Of a stretch of DNA of 27,127 bases, positions 14,371-23,950 are shown piece after piece. Below the pieces are notes generated by a model. The model worked only from the letters and a program-made list of their open reading frames with translations. It was not told where the DNA came from and made no database searches. This DNA is from an uncultured Smithella sp. (GTDB taxonomy: Bacteria > Desulfobacterota > Syntrophia > Syntrophales > Smithellaceae), in assembly GCA_964589235.1 (NCBI GenBank), contig CAZPTW010000001.1:1-27127 (forward strand). The letters run 5' to 3'. Position numbers and translations under genes: made by a program. The number at the start of each line of letters is the position of its first letter. Positions within the stretch are counted from its first letter, which is position 1.

Positions 14371-16269
14371 ATGAAACCTTTGGAAATTGCCAATTATCCC
14401 ATATTGCCGATGGTCGACGACCCATCGGATATCCGTAAACTCAGCATTCCTGAGCTCAACCGCCTGGCCGAGGACATCCGCAGGCTGATTATCCACACCA
14501 CGGCGGAAACAGGCGGCCATCTGGCCTCATCGCTGGGCGTCGTCGAACTGACGATCGCCCTGCACTATGTCTTCAACACGCCTTCCGATAAACTGATCTG
14601 GGATGTCGGCCATCAATCTTACGCCCATAAAATACTCACCGGGCGCAAGGACCGGTTTTCCACGTTGCGCCGGCAGGGTGGAATAAGCGGATTTCCGAAA
14701 CGGGAGGAAAGCCCTTACGACACCTTCAACACCGGCCACAGCGGGACGTCCATAGCGGCGGCCGCAGGGTTTGCCGAAGCACAGTGCCTCAAAGGCGGCC
14801 ATGACAAAGCGATCGCGGTGATCGGCGACGGGTCCATGACCACCGGCATGGCGTTTGAGGGACTCAATTGGGCGGGGGACCGAGACAAAGATTTGATCAT
14901 TGTCCTCAATGACAATGAGATGTCCATCTCCCCCAATGTCGGGGCGATGTCGTCGTACCTCAACCGAATCATGACCGGCGACCGCGTGACGAAGCTCAAA
15001 GCGGAATTGAAGGCTTTTCTCAAGAGCATCCCGAGCATCGGTGAGCAAATTTTCAAGTTTTCCAAGCAAATTGAGGAATCGCTGAAAACCTTCGTCGTGC
15101 CCGGTGCGCTGTTCGAGGAGTTGGGGTTTACTTACATCGGACCTCTGGAAGGCCATCGGTTGGACTATCTCATCAAGAATTTGGAAAACGTCAAAAAGCA
15201 AAAAGGGCCGGTGCTGGTTCATGTCGTGACGCAAAAGGGACGCGGTTATAAATTTGCCGAAGAAAATTCGCCCACCTATCACGGCATCGCGCCGTTTGAC
15301 GTGGAGACGGGCCGGACACTTCCCTCCTTGGGAAGCGCCCCGACGTATACGGAAATTTTCGGTCGGACGATGGTGGAGATGGCAATCGACAATCCACGCC
15401 TTGTCGCGATCACCGCCGCGATGTGCGAAGGGACCGGTTTGGAAAAGTTTCGCCAAGCCTTTCCCCGGAGGTTTTACGACGTCGGTATTGCCGAACAACT
15501 CGCGGTGACGTTCGCGGCCGGATTGGCCGTCGAGGGGTTTCTGCCGGTGGTGGCGATTTATTCCACCTTTTTGCAGCGCGCCTATGATCAGATTTTGCAC
15601 GATGTCTGCCTGCAGAAGCTTCCGGTCATTTTTGCCGTCGACCGGTCGGGCTTTGTCGGGGAGGACGGCGCGACCCACCAGGGGCTTTTCGATTTTTCCT
15701 ATCTTCGCAATCTACCGAATCTCATCATGATGGCCCCCAAGGATGAAAACGAGCTGCGCCATATGCTCAAAACAGCCGAAAATTTGAACGCCCCCGTATC
15801 CATCCGCTATCCACGGGGCCGAGGGGTTGGCGTGACGCTGGATCCTTTCCTGGCGCCCCTGCCCATGGGCCGGGGGGAAGTGTTACGGGACGGCGCGGAC
15901 CTGGCCGTGATCGCCGCGGGCTCGACCGTTCATCCCGCCCTCGCGGCGGCCGATGGCTTGGCGACGGAAGGCCTAGACGTCTGCGTGATCAACGCCCGCT
16001 TTATCAAACCCTTGGATGCCGATTTGATTTTACGCACGGCGGAAAAGACCCGAAAGATCCTGACGGTCGAGGAAAACGTTTTGCATGGCGGATTCGGAAG
16101 CGCCGTTTTGGAACTTTTGGCCGAACACGGCCTCACCGGGGTATCTGTCAAACGGCTGGGCATTCCCGACGAGTTCGCCGAACACGCCACGCAGGCCCAG
16201 TTGCGCGCCCGCTTCGGCTTGGATGAAACAGGCATCGCCCGGGCGGCGAAGTCTCTGATGGCGACCTAG
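14371..16269 (+). CDS. dxs: 1-deoxy-D-xylulose-5-phosphate synthase
   Basis: GGHLASSLG, WDVGHQSYAHKILTGR, GHSGTS, ThDP motif GDGSMTTG...NDN, DVGIAEQ and DGATHQG. Confidence 0.98.
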   Translation: MKPLEIANYPILPMVDDPSDIRKLSIPELNRLAEDIRRLIIHTTAETGGHLASSLGVVELTIALHYVFNTPSDKLIWDVGHQSYAHKILTGRKDRFSTLRRQGGISGFPKREESPYDTFNTGHSGTSIAAAAGFAEAQCLKGGHDKAIAVIGDGSMTTGMAFEGLNWAGDRDKDLIIVLNDNEMSISPNVGAMSSYLNRIMTGDRVTKLKAELKAFLKSIPSIGEQIFKFSKQIEESLKTFVVPGALFEELGFTYIGPLEGHRLDYLIKNLENVKKQKGPVLVHVVTQKGRGYKFAEENSPTYHGIAPFDVETGRTLPSLGSAPTYTEIFGRTMVEMAIDNPRLVAITAAMCEGTGLEKFRQAFPRRFYDVGIAEQLAVTFAAGLAVEGFLPVVAIYSTFLQRAYDQILHDVCLQKLPVIFAVDRSGFVGEDGATHQGLFDFSYLRNLPNLIMMAPKDENELRHMLKTAENLNAPVSIRYPRGRGVGVTLDPFLAPLPMGRGEVLRDGADLAVIAAGSTVHPALAAADGLATEGLDVCVINARFIKPLDADLILRTAEKTRKILTVEENVLHGGFGSAVLELLAEHGLTGVSVKRLGIPDEFAEHATQAQLRARFGLDETGIARAAKSLMAT

Positions 16270-16447
16270 CAGAGATCTTCGGATCGCCTGGAAATTTATG
16301 ATTACCCGTTGACCTTTCTTTTGTGGTATCATCATTTCACGTGTCATATTCGACGTGTGTCCGTGAATGGAGATGCAATTTTCGACGCGCTTTTGTTTTC
16401 CCGTCGGCTTTCTCATGGGATGACCTATCTACCGCAGGGGTTGAAGG

Positions 16448-19400
16448 ATGGAATTGCAGGCGTCAATCCGTCAGGTCCCTCCGCCCGGATCGCGGAGCGT
16501 GAAATGCCGCGGTGATGTGATGGCCTTCGAGCTGACGCTCTCCGAAGCGGCGCACGGGAAGGCCTGGCTGAGAACGAATATCGGGCAGGCCCAAGCCGCG
16601 CGTCGCGCCGTCATCGAGGAAGTGGAAAGGAATATTCCGCCTTTGGGGATGGATTGGTACGATATCCCCATGCGCCAGGTCGACCGTTGCCGCTTCACGG
16701 CGCATGTTCCGCTTTCGGAAGTGGGACATTTCGAAGCCAAATGCTTCTATCTGCCGGAGGGGCAGCATCAGCCGCTTTGGCCCGAAGGTCCGAATGTTTC
16801 CATCAATGTTCAGCCTGCGGATACCTGCTGCGCCAATATCGTTTACAACGCGTTCGTCCGCCAATTTGGCCCGAATATCAGTGGAGGCGCTGGGCCTGAC
16901 GCGGATGACCAGGCTTGCATGTCCCGATTGGATCGGAAAGGCTATACCGTGATTCCCCGTTCCGGGACTTTCCGCGATTTGATCGAAAAGTTGGATTTTA
17001 TCATCGGTGAACTGGGCTGCCGTTTTCTGCATCTGCTGCCCATTCATCCGACGCCCACCACGTACGGCCGGATGGGCCGGTTCGGCAGCCCCTATGCGGC
17101 CCTCAATTTCACCGGCATCGACCCGGCCTTGGCGGTTTTCGATGTCAAGGCCACACCCTTGCAGCAGTTTGGTGAATTGGTCGATGCCGTTCACGAGCGC
17201 TTTGCCAAGGTGATCATCGACATCGCCGTCAATCACACCGGATGGGCCGCGACGCTGCACGAGAGCCATCCCCGCTGGCTCATGCGCACCGCTCATGGAG
17301 ATATCCACCGGCCCGGGGCTTGGGGGGTGACCTGGTCGGATCTGGCCAGTCTGGACTATTCTCAAAAAGATCTCTGGACCTATATCGCCCGCGTTTTTTT
17401 AACGTGGTGCCGCCGTGGCGTGGACGGCTTCCGCTGCGACGCCGGATATATGATTCCGCTTCCCGCCTGGCGATATATCATCGCCCGCGTGCGGGAACAG
17501 TTTCCGGATACGGTGTTTCTGCTGGAAGGATTGGGCGGCAAGATTTCCGTCACGCGGGATCTCCTCAATTTGGCCAACTTCAACTGGGCCTACTCTGAGC
17601 TCTTTCAGAACGAGGATCGTCGACAAATTGAATTCTATCTGCCGGAGGCCATCGACATTTCGCGACAAGACGGACTTGCGGTTCACTATGCGGAAACCCA
17701 TGACAACAACCGTCTGGCGGCGCGATCCAAAACCTTCGCGCGGATGCGCACGGCGCTTTGCGCGCTTCTGTCCCACCAAGGGGGGTTCGGATTCGCCAAC
17801 GGTGTCGAGTGGCTGGCCGATGTCAAAATCAATGTTCATGAAGCCCATCCGCTCAATTGGGGGGCCCCCGATAATCTGGTGGATCACCTCCGGCGACTGC
17901 ATATCCTTCTGCGGAGCCACCCGGCGTTTTTCCAAGAGGTCGAGATGGAGTTCATTCACAGAAGCGAAGGCAACGCGGTTGTGGTCAGGCGGTCTCACAA
18001 GCCTTCCGGAAAAGGGTTGATTATCGCCGTCAACCTGGACGATCAAAAGGAAGTGTCGGTGAGGTGGAAGACCGATCCTGAGATGCCCGGTCCTCATTTC
18101 ATCGATCTTTTGTCGGGCCGGGACGTTGAAACGACAACGCAGCCTGACCAGGATTGCGGCCTTTTGCTGGCCCCGGGACAGGTGCTTTGCCTGACGGGGG
18201 ACGAAAACGATTTGCAGTATCTCCGCCAACCGAAGTCGTTGGCCTTTCCGCCCCAACGCCTCGTGGAGCAGCGTGTCCGGGCGAAAGTTCTGGAAGTGTT
18301 CTGCTTGAACCGCGGCTGTTCGGACCTCGGGGATTTCGACATCGACGATGCCGCTGAGCGGTTGCTTGACGACCCTGTCCAATTTTGCCGCCTGATGAAT
18401 GTTCAGAGTCAGGAGCATCGGGTCGTGTTTTGGGATTGGCCGCAGGATCTGCGCCGCCACGTCATGCTGCCGCCGGGGCATTTATTGCTGGTTCGAGCGC
18501 CGGATCCTTTTTCCGCAAGTGTTTCGGATGGGCAGACCTTTGGCGAATCCATTTGGGCCCACGAAGAGAGCCTGATGTCTTCAGAGGGGACTCATTTTGT
18601 CTTGCTGGTTTTCAAAAAAACAATGAAAACCGCCAGGCATTGCAGGTTGAAGCTCGTTGTTTATGAAAAAGACGGCCCTCGCCATGAAGAGGCGCCCCTT
18701 TTCATTTTGGGAAACGATGAGACGGCGTCTTTCAATCCGTCCTGGACCCGCAACGATTTGATCGACCAAGCTCCCATGTTTTTATCCACAAACGGGATCG
18801 GGGGGATGTGCCGGGCCCCTCTCCGGTGGGGAGAACTCGCCGGTAAGTACGATGCGCTTCTGGCGGCCAATCTCGATCAGCGCTATCCAGTCGACCGGTG
18901 GATCATGCTGACGCGCGTGCGGGCGTGGACCGTATATCAGGGATTTTCCCAGGAGATTTGTTTTCACAGCCTGGATCGCTTTTGGTTGGATGACAACAAA
19001 GGCATTTGGCGATTTAAAGCGCCGACGGGTCAAGGTCAGCGGATCGACCTGACAGTGGAGGTGGAAATGCTTCCGGGGCAAAACACCGTGCGCTTGTCCT
19101 TTCATCGGTTGCCCGCCCGTCGGGGCAAGGGGAAGCTTTCCGACCGCGCCGCGGTGCAATTGATCGTCAGGCCTGATATAGAAGACCGCAATTTTCATGA
19201 AAACACGAAGGCCTATCAGGGATTGGAAGCCGCCTGGCCGGCGGCGTTTCAATGCCGTCTGGATGCCTTCATTTTTACCCCTTCCGCCGGTCGCGTGCTG
19301 ACTCTTTCCATCTCGGAGGGGATTTTCGTTTGGCAGCCCGAGTGGCACTATATGGTGCATCGACGCCTGGAAAAGGAGCGCGGGATGGATCCGGATTCCG

Positions 19401-20731
19401 ATTTATGGAGCCCCGGCTACTTTTCGGTTTTTCTTGAGGGCGGAAAAACGGCGATCCTTACGGCGTCGGTCAACGAAAGGCCCTCTTTGCCTGGCGATGT
19501 CGCATCGAGCGTCTCCGGCAAGTCGAAGAGCCTGGAAAAAACGCTTCGCGCATCGCTCGCGGCGTTTGTGGTCAGGCGCGGTCCGCTCAAATCCGTCATT
19601 GCCGGTTACCCTTGGTTTCTGGACTGGGGGAGGGACGCGCTCATTTTTACCAGGTGCTTGATCCAAGTCGGGAAAATCCCTGAAGCCGAAGATATTTTGA
19701 AACTTCTGGGAGGGTTTGAGGATCAAGGGACGCTGCCCAACATGATTCACGGCGGGCGCGCAGCCAACCGCGACACCAGCGACGCGCCGCTTTGGTATAT
19801 CGTGGCTCTGGCGGATTTGGTTCGAAAAAAAAGATCGCGGGCGTTTCTTTCAGAAACGGTTGAAGGAAGAACCATCCGCGAGATCGCGTTGTCCATCGGC
19901 CGGTGGTATATCGAGGGAACACCCAATCGGATCCGCATGGACTCAGAAACGGGTTTGATTTTCAGCCCCGCCCACTTCACGTGGATGGACACCGACAACC
20001 CGGCCTGCACCCCGCGCGAAGGCTACTGCGTCGAAATTCAAGCCCTCTGGGCCGCGGCACTCCACTTTCTGGCCGCGATCGACCCGGTCGGCTCGGCAGA
20101 CTGGCGGAATTTAAGCAAAAAGGTTCGGCAATCCATCCTTCAGTGGTTTTACACGAAAAAAGGTTATCTATCCGATTGTCTGCATGCCTCCGAACATGAA
20201 TCCGTCGCCTGCGCCCGCGCCGATGACGCCGTCCGGCCGAATCAATTGCTGGCTTTAACGCTCGACGCCATATCCGACCGTTTTATCGGGAGAAACATTT
20301 TAGATGCCTGCCAGAGGCTGCTTGTCCCGGGGGCCATCCGCAGCCTGGCGGACGCGTTGACGGAATTTCCTTTGGAAATTCGCCATCATGGATTGCTCTT
20401 GGGCGATCCGCATCGACCTTACCGAGGGAACTATGCCGGAGACGAGGACACAAGCCGGAAACCGGCCTATCACAACGGCACGGCCTGGACGTGGCTTTAT
20501 CCGTCTTACAGTGAGGCCTATGTCCAAGTTTACGGTGCCCGGGGGCTTGTGACCGCCCGCGCCCTGCTTTGCGGCAGCCTCGAAATCCTACGAAAAGGGT
20601 GTGTCGGCCATTTTCCGGAGATTCTCGATGGGGATTATCCCCATCGCCTAAGGGGATGCGACGCGCAAGCCTGGGGGCTTGGAGAATGGCTGCGGGTCTG
20701 GGAAAAGCTCAAGGCGGTCGGGAAAGTGTGA
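16448..20731 (+). CDS. Large two-domain glycogen debranching enzyme: N-terminal GH13 alpha-amylase-type domain plus C-terminal amylo-alpha-1,6-glucosidase (GH133-like), 1427 aa
   Basis: GH13 regions DIAVNHTG, GFRCDAG (Asp331), FLLEGLG and YAETHDN. Central STNGIGG/DALLAA GDE_N-like segment. C-terminal IAGYPWFLDWGRD (Asp1063), FTWMD, VEIQALW, YHNGTAW, EILDGD and GCDAQAW. Confidence 0.9.
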   Translation: MELQASIRQVPPPGSRSVKCRGDVMAFELTLSEAAHGKAWLRTNIGQAQAARRAVIEEVERNIPPLGMDWYDIPMRQVDRCRFTAHVPLSEVGHFEAKCFYLPEGQHQPLWPEGPNVSINVQPADTCCANIVYNAFVRQFGPNISGGAGPDADDQACMSRLDRKGYTVIPRSGTFRDLIEKLDFIIGELGCRFLHLLPIHPTPTTYGRMGRFGSPYAALNFTGIDPALAVFDVKATPLQQFGELVDAVHERFAKVIIDIAVNHTGWAATLHESHPRWLMRTAHGDIHRPGAWGVTWSDLASLDYSQKDLWTYIARVFLTWCRRGVDGFRCDAGYMIPLPAWRYIIARVREQFPDTVFLLEGLGGKISVTRDLLNLANFNWAYSELFQNEDRRQIEFYLPEAIDISRQDGLAVHYAETHDNNRLAARSKTFARMRTALCALLSHQGGFGFANGVEWLADVKINVHEAHPLNWGAPDNLVDHLRRLHILLRSHPAFFQEVEMEFIHRSEGNAVVVRRSHKPSGKGLIIAVNLDDQKEVSVRWKTDPEMPGPHFIDLLSGRDVETTTQPDQDCGLLLAPGQVLCLTGDENDLQYLRQPKSLAFPPQRLVEQRVRAKVLEVFCLNRGCSDLGDFDIDDAAERLLDDPVQFCRLMNVQSQEHRVVFWDWPQDLRRHVMLPPGHLLLVRAPDPFSASVSDGQTFGESIWAHEESLMSSEGTHFVLLVFKKTMKTARHCRLKLVVYEKDGPRHEEAPLFILGNDETASFNPSWTRNDLIDQAPMFLSTNGIGGMCRAPLRWGELAGKYDALLAANLDQRYPVDRWIMLTRVRAWTVYQGFSQEICFHSLDRFWLDDNKGIWRFKAPTGQGQRIDLTVEVEMLPGQNTVRLSFHRLPARRGKGKLSDRAAVQLIVRPDIEDRNFHENTKAYQGLEAAWPAAFQCRLDAFIFTPSAGRVLTLSISEGIFVWQPEWHYMVHRRLEKERGMDPDSDLWSPGYFSVFLEGGKTAILTASVNERPSLPGDVASSVSGKSKSLEKTLRASLAAFVVRRGPLKSVIAGYPWFLDWGRDALIFTRCLIQVGKIPEAEDILKLLGGFEDQGTLPNMIHGGRAANRDTSDAPLWYIVALADLVRKKRSRAFLSETVEGRTIREIALSIGRWYIEGTPNRIRMDSETGLIFSPAHFTWMDTDNPACTPREGYCVEIQALWAAALHFLAAIDPVGSADWRNLSKKVRQSILQWFYTKKGYLSDCLHASEHESVACARADDAVRPNQLLALTLDAISDRFIGRNILDACQRLLVPGAIRSLADALTEFPLEIRHHGLLLGDPHRPYRGNYAGDEDTSRKPAYHNGTAWTWLYPSYSEAYVQVYGARGLVTARALLCGSLEILRKGCVGHFPEILDGDYPHRLRGCDAQAWGLGEWLRVWEKLKAVGKV

Positions 20732-20790
20732 CGGCTGAGGGGGTTGGAAAGCTTGTTTCAGCCGGTTTCACCCCAGATCGATCAATCCCC

Positions 20791-20819
20791 TTGACGAAGG
20801 CATTTCAAGCGTTTAAAAT
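20791..20819 (+). promoter_or_regulatory. Sigma70 promoter for the CBM48-glgP-glgA-glgB operon
   Basis: TTGACG (20791-20796), exactly 17 nt, then TAAAAT (20814-20819). Confidence 0.8.
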
Positions 20820-21030
20820 AAAGATCTAAGTCGCAAAGGACGATAACCTATAACGATAGGCACCTTTTTCATCTGCGGTTGAGCGCCTGTGGAATTTTCC
20901 AGTGGGACGTCGCATCGTTCATCGCGTCAGGAACCTCATCCTCCTCAAAACGCTTTGTGGCGGGATCCGTTGCAGTTGTCGAGCTCAAAATCCTTAGTCT
21001 TTTGGATATTTTTTATGACGGGAGGGCCGT

Positions 21031-21339
21031 ATGATTGCAAAGAAGAGATTCAAGAAAAACGAACATATTTGTCGGGTGACATTTCGGATTCCCAAAAACG
21101 TCTCCGTGGGCGCCAAATCGATTGCCGTCGTCGGTGACTTTAACAACTGGAGTGCGACGGAGCATCTCATGAAAAAGCTCAAAAACGGAGAATTTGCTTT
21201 GGCATTGGACCTTCCGGCCAATCGAGAGTATCAGTTTCGCTATTTGATCGACGGCAAATTCTGGGAGAACGACGGAGAGGCGGATAAGTACGTCTACAGT
21301 GAATACGGCAATTGCGACAACTCCGTGGTTGTCGTTTAG
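21031..21339 (+). CDS. Stand-alone CBM48 / isoamylase early-set (AMPK-beta-like glycogen-binding) domain protein, 102 aa
   Basis: VAVVG-like IAVVGDFNNW, MKKLKNGEF, YQFRYLIDGKFWEND and DNSVV. RBS GGAGG at 21021-21025. Confidence 0.9.
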   Translation: MIAKKRFKKNEHICRVTFRIPKNVSVGAKSIAVVGDFNNWSATEHLMKKLKNGEFALALDLPANREYQFRYLIDGKFWENDGEADKYVYSEYGNCDNSVVVV

Positions 21340-21363
21340 CTCTTCTTTCAAAGGAAGGTTCCG

Positions 21364-23916
21364 ATGAACTATTTTCAGACTTTCCGGGTCTCTCCTTATA
21401 TCCCGGAACCGTTGCATTTTCTCATCACGTTGTCGGCCAACTTGTGGTGGTGCTGGAATTTGGAAGCGATCGAGCTCTTTCGACGGATCAATCCGAAATT
21501 GTGGGATATGTCCGGTCGAAACCCGGTTGTTTTTCTGACCATGGTTGAACAAAAGAAGCTCGAGACACTGGCCCAAGACGATAGTTTCCTGGATCACATG
21601 AAAGAAATTGAAGAACAATTTCGAAACGCCGTTCTCTTGCCGCGTGAAACAAAGTGTCGGCGCCCGGAGGCACCCCATGACGTCATCGCCTACTTCTCCA
21701 TGGAGTTTGGATTGCATGAAAGTCTGCCTTTGTCTGCCGGAGGTTTGGGCATCCTGGCGGGAGATCATCTGAAAGCGGCCTCCGATCTGGGGCTTCCCAT
21801 CGCCGGCGTCGGGCTGTTTTACCGCAACGGCTATTTTTATCAGTTTCTGAATCACGAGGGGTGGCAACAAGAGGAGTATCCGGAGACGGATCTCAGCAAG
21901 ATTCCCATGGAGCGCGTCCGCGATGGGTCAGACCGCGATTTGCTCGTCAGTGTCGACGGACCCGACGGTCCTATCCACTTGGCGGTCTGGAAAATCATGG
22001 TCGGCCGCATTCCCCTGTATCTGCTCGACGCCAATATCGTCGAAAATCCTCCGGCCCTTCGCGATATCAATGCCCGTCTGTACCACTCCGACGGCCGGGT
22101 GCGTCTGGCCCAGGAAGTGATCGTGGGCATCGGCGGGATGCGTGCGCTTGTGGCGATGGGGTTCAACCCGGTCGTCTGCCATATCAACGAAGGCCATTGT
22201 TCCTTTGCCAATCTGGAACGGTTGGCGCAAATCCGCCTGCGGCATCGGGTCGATCTGAAGACGGCTTTGGAAATCCACGCGCATTCCACCCTGCTGACCA
22301 CGCACACACCGGTGCCCGCGGCTCACGATGAATATCCATTTGATCAGGTCAAACCCTACTTGATGACGTATGAACAAACGCTGGGGCTTCCCGCCGAGGA
22401 GCTTTTGACATGGGGACAAATCCGTCACGGCGGAAAAGACGTTCCTTTCTCGATGTTTGTCCTGGGATTGCATCTGGCGCAATACGTCAACGGTGTCAGC
22501 CGATTGCATGGATGCGTGTCGCGGCGGATGTGGTCTTTCCTTTGGCCGGGCATTCCCGAAGAAGAGGTTCCCATCGGGCACATCACCAATGGCGTGCATA
22601 TCTCTTCTTGGATCTCCATCGAAAACGCCACGCTGTTTGACCGGTATCTGGGACGGGACTGGCCGCTTAAAACCTGGAATGCCGATCTGGGCCGCCGCAT
22701 CGACGACATTTACGACGAGGAGCTTTGGCGCGCCCACGAAATGAGCCGGACGCGCCTGATTCGGTCTTGTCGGAAATGGATGATTCGACAGTACGGCCGA
22801 CGAAACGCCCCGAAATCCGTGATGAAAGAGGCGGAAAACATTTTGGGTGACGATGTTTTGACCATCGCCTTCGCGCGACGGTTTGCCGCCTATAAACGGT
22901 CGAACCTGTTGCTGTTCGATATGGATCGTCTGGAGTCGATTTTAAAATCCAAGGACTATCCCGTTCAGTTTATTTTCGCCGGGAAGGCCCATCCCATGGA
23001 CAATGACGGCAAAAAGATGATTCAGCAAATCGTCCAGTTGGCCAGGCATCCCCAGTATCGCCATCGCATTGTCTTTCTGGAAGATTATGACATCGACATC
23101 GCGCGACACTTGGTGCAGGGCGCCGATGTTTGGCTCAACACGCCCAGGCGTCCGCTGGAGGCCTGCGGCACCTCGGGAATGAAGGCCGCGGCCAACGGCG
23201 TTCTCAATGTGAGCATTCTCGACGGGTGGTGGTGCGAAGGGTATACGCCGGACACCGGTTGGGCGATCGGAACCGGAGAGGAATTTCCGGATCATCAGTA
23301 TCAAGACGCCGTGGAGAGCCATGCGCTTTACAATGTTTTGGAAAACGACGTCATTCCCTGTTTCTACGACCGCGAAAACGCCAAGTATTCCGCGCGGTGG
23401 CTGGCCATGATGAAGGCCTCCATGAAAATGGCGCTCGAGCATTTTTGCGCCCGGCGGATGGCCGTCCAATATTCCGACTTCTATTATTCTCCGGCGATGG
23501 ACCGCTACTATGATCTCACGCGTGATTACGCGACCCGAGGAAGTCAGCTGATGCAGTTCCATGAACGCTTACGAGACAAATGGCCCGAGGTTTCGATCGA
23601 TCCGCCGACCAGGCAAGATGGCGCCGGCTTGACCGTGGGCGATGCCGTCACGGTCTCAACCGTTGTGCGTCTCGGCGCCTTGACGCCCGAGGAAGTGGAT
23701 GTCGAGGTGGTCTACGGTCGCGTGAAAACCCTGGAAAGTCTCGAAGACATGAAAACCCTTCTGATGAGTGTCCGGGAAGATTTGGGCTGCGGCGCTTATC
23801 GGTACGAGTGCTCGCTGCCTTGCGACATGGCCGGACGTTTTGGGTTCACCGCCCGGGTCACCCCAAGGGCGGACAGCTTTATTAAATACACCCCCGGCCT
23901 GATCACCTGGGCCTAA
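21364..23916 (+). CDS. glgP: Alpha-glucan (glycogen) phosphorylase
   Basis: [49 protein letters not shown] and the PLP-lysine motif [10 protein letters not shown]. Confidence 0.97.
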   Translation: MNYFQTFRVSPYIPEPLHFLITLSANLWWCWNLEAIELFRRINPKLWDMSGRNPVVFLTMVEQKKLETLAQDDSFLDHMKEIEEQFRNAVLLPRETKCRRPEAPHDVIAYFSMEFGLHESLPLSAGGLGILAGDHLKAASDLGLPIAGVGLFYRNGYFYQFLNHEGWQQEEYPETDLSKIPMERVRDGSDRDLLVSVDGPDGPIHLAVWKIMVGRIPLYLLDANIVENPPALRDINARLYHSDGRVRLAQEVIVGIGGMRALVAMGFNPVVCHINEGHCSFANLERLAQIRLRHRVDLKTALEIHAHSTLLTTHTPVPAAHDEYPFDQVKPYLMTYEQTLGLPAEELLTWGQIRHGGKDVPFSMFVLGLHLAQYVNGVSRLHGCVSRRMWSFLWPGIPEEEVPIGHITNGVHISSWISIENATLFDRYLGRDWPLKTWNADLGRRIDDIYDEELWRAHEMSRTRLIRSCRKWMIRQYGRRNAPKSVMKEAENILGDDVLTIAFARRFAAYKRSNLLLFDMDRLESILKSKDYPVQFIFAGKAHPMDNDGKKMIQQIVQLARHPQYRHRIVFLEDYDIDIARHLVQGADVWLNTPRRPLEACGTSGMKAAANGVLNVSILDGWWCEGYTPDTGWAIGTGEEFPDHQYQDAVESHALYNVLENDVIPCFYDRENAKYSARWLAMMKASMKMALEHFCARRMAVQYSDFYYSPAMDRYYDLTRDYATRGSQLMQFHERLRDKWPEVSIDPPTRQDGAGLTVGDAVTVSTVVRLGALTPEEVDVEVVYGRVKTLESLEDMKTLLMSVREDLGCGAYRYECSLPCDMAGRFGFTARVTPRADSFIKYTPGLITWA

Positions 23917-23950
23917 GCGATGGCGTTTGACAGACTCGGAAAAGGAGGCG

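Noticed and set aside
3801-15678. Long alternative-frame ORFs (e.g. 3801..4682 +, 5769..7013 +, 6901..7761 -, 9484..10203 +, 14527..15678 -)
   Set aside because: They lie antisense to well-supported genes, lack recognisable motifs and are the expected shadow ORFs of GC-rich codon usage.
13454-16269. ispA-dxs as a dedicated terpene biosynthetic cluster with ytpB
   Set aside because: xseA-xseB-ispA-dxs is a widespread housekeeping arrangement about 7 kb away. The Tyr at -5 of the first Asp-rich motif predicts C15-C20 products, not the C35 substrate of YtpB. Proximity is probably incidental.
16304-16332. TTGACC as the -35 element for the debranching-enzyme promoter (similarly 6808-6813)
   Set aside because: Spacing to TATCAT/TATGAT is only 12-13 nt. 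At most an extended -10 (TG-G-TATCAT, 16324-16332) is plausible, which is too weak to list as a feature.
20826-20870. c-di-GMP-I or guanidine-II riboswitch in the glg leader (GCAAAG and ACGA-like sequences)
   Set aside because: The GNRA/receptor two-stem architecture is missing, and the hairpin loop is AACG with only one such stem, so neither consensus fits.
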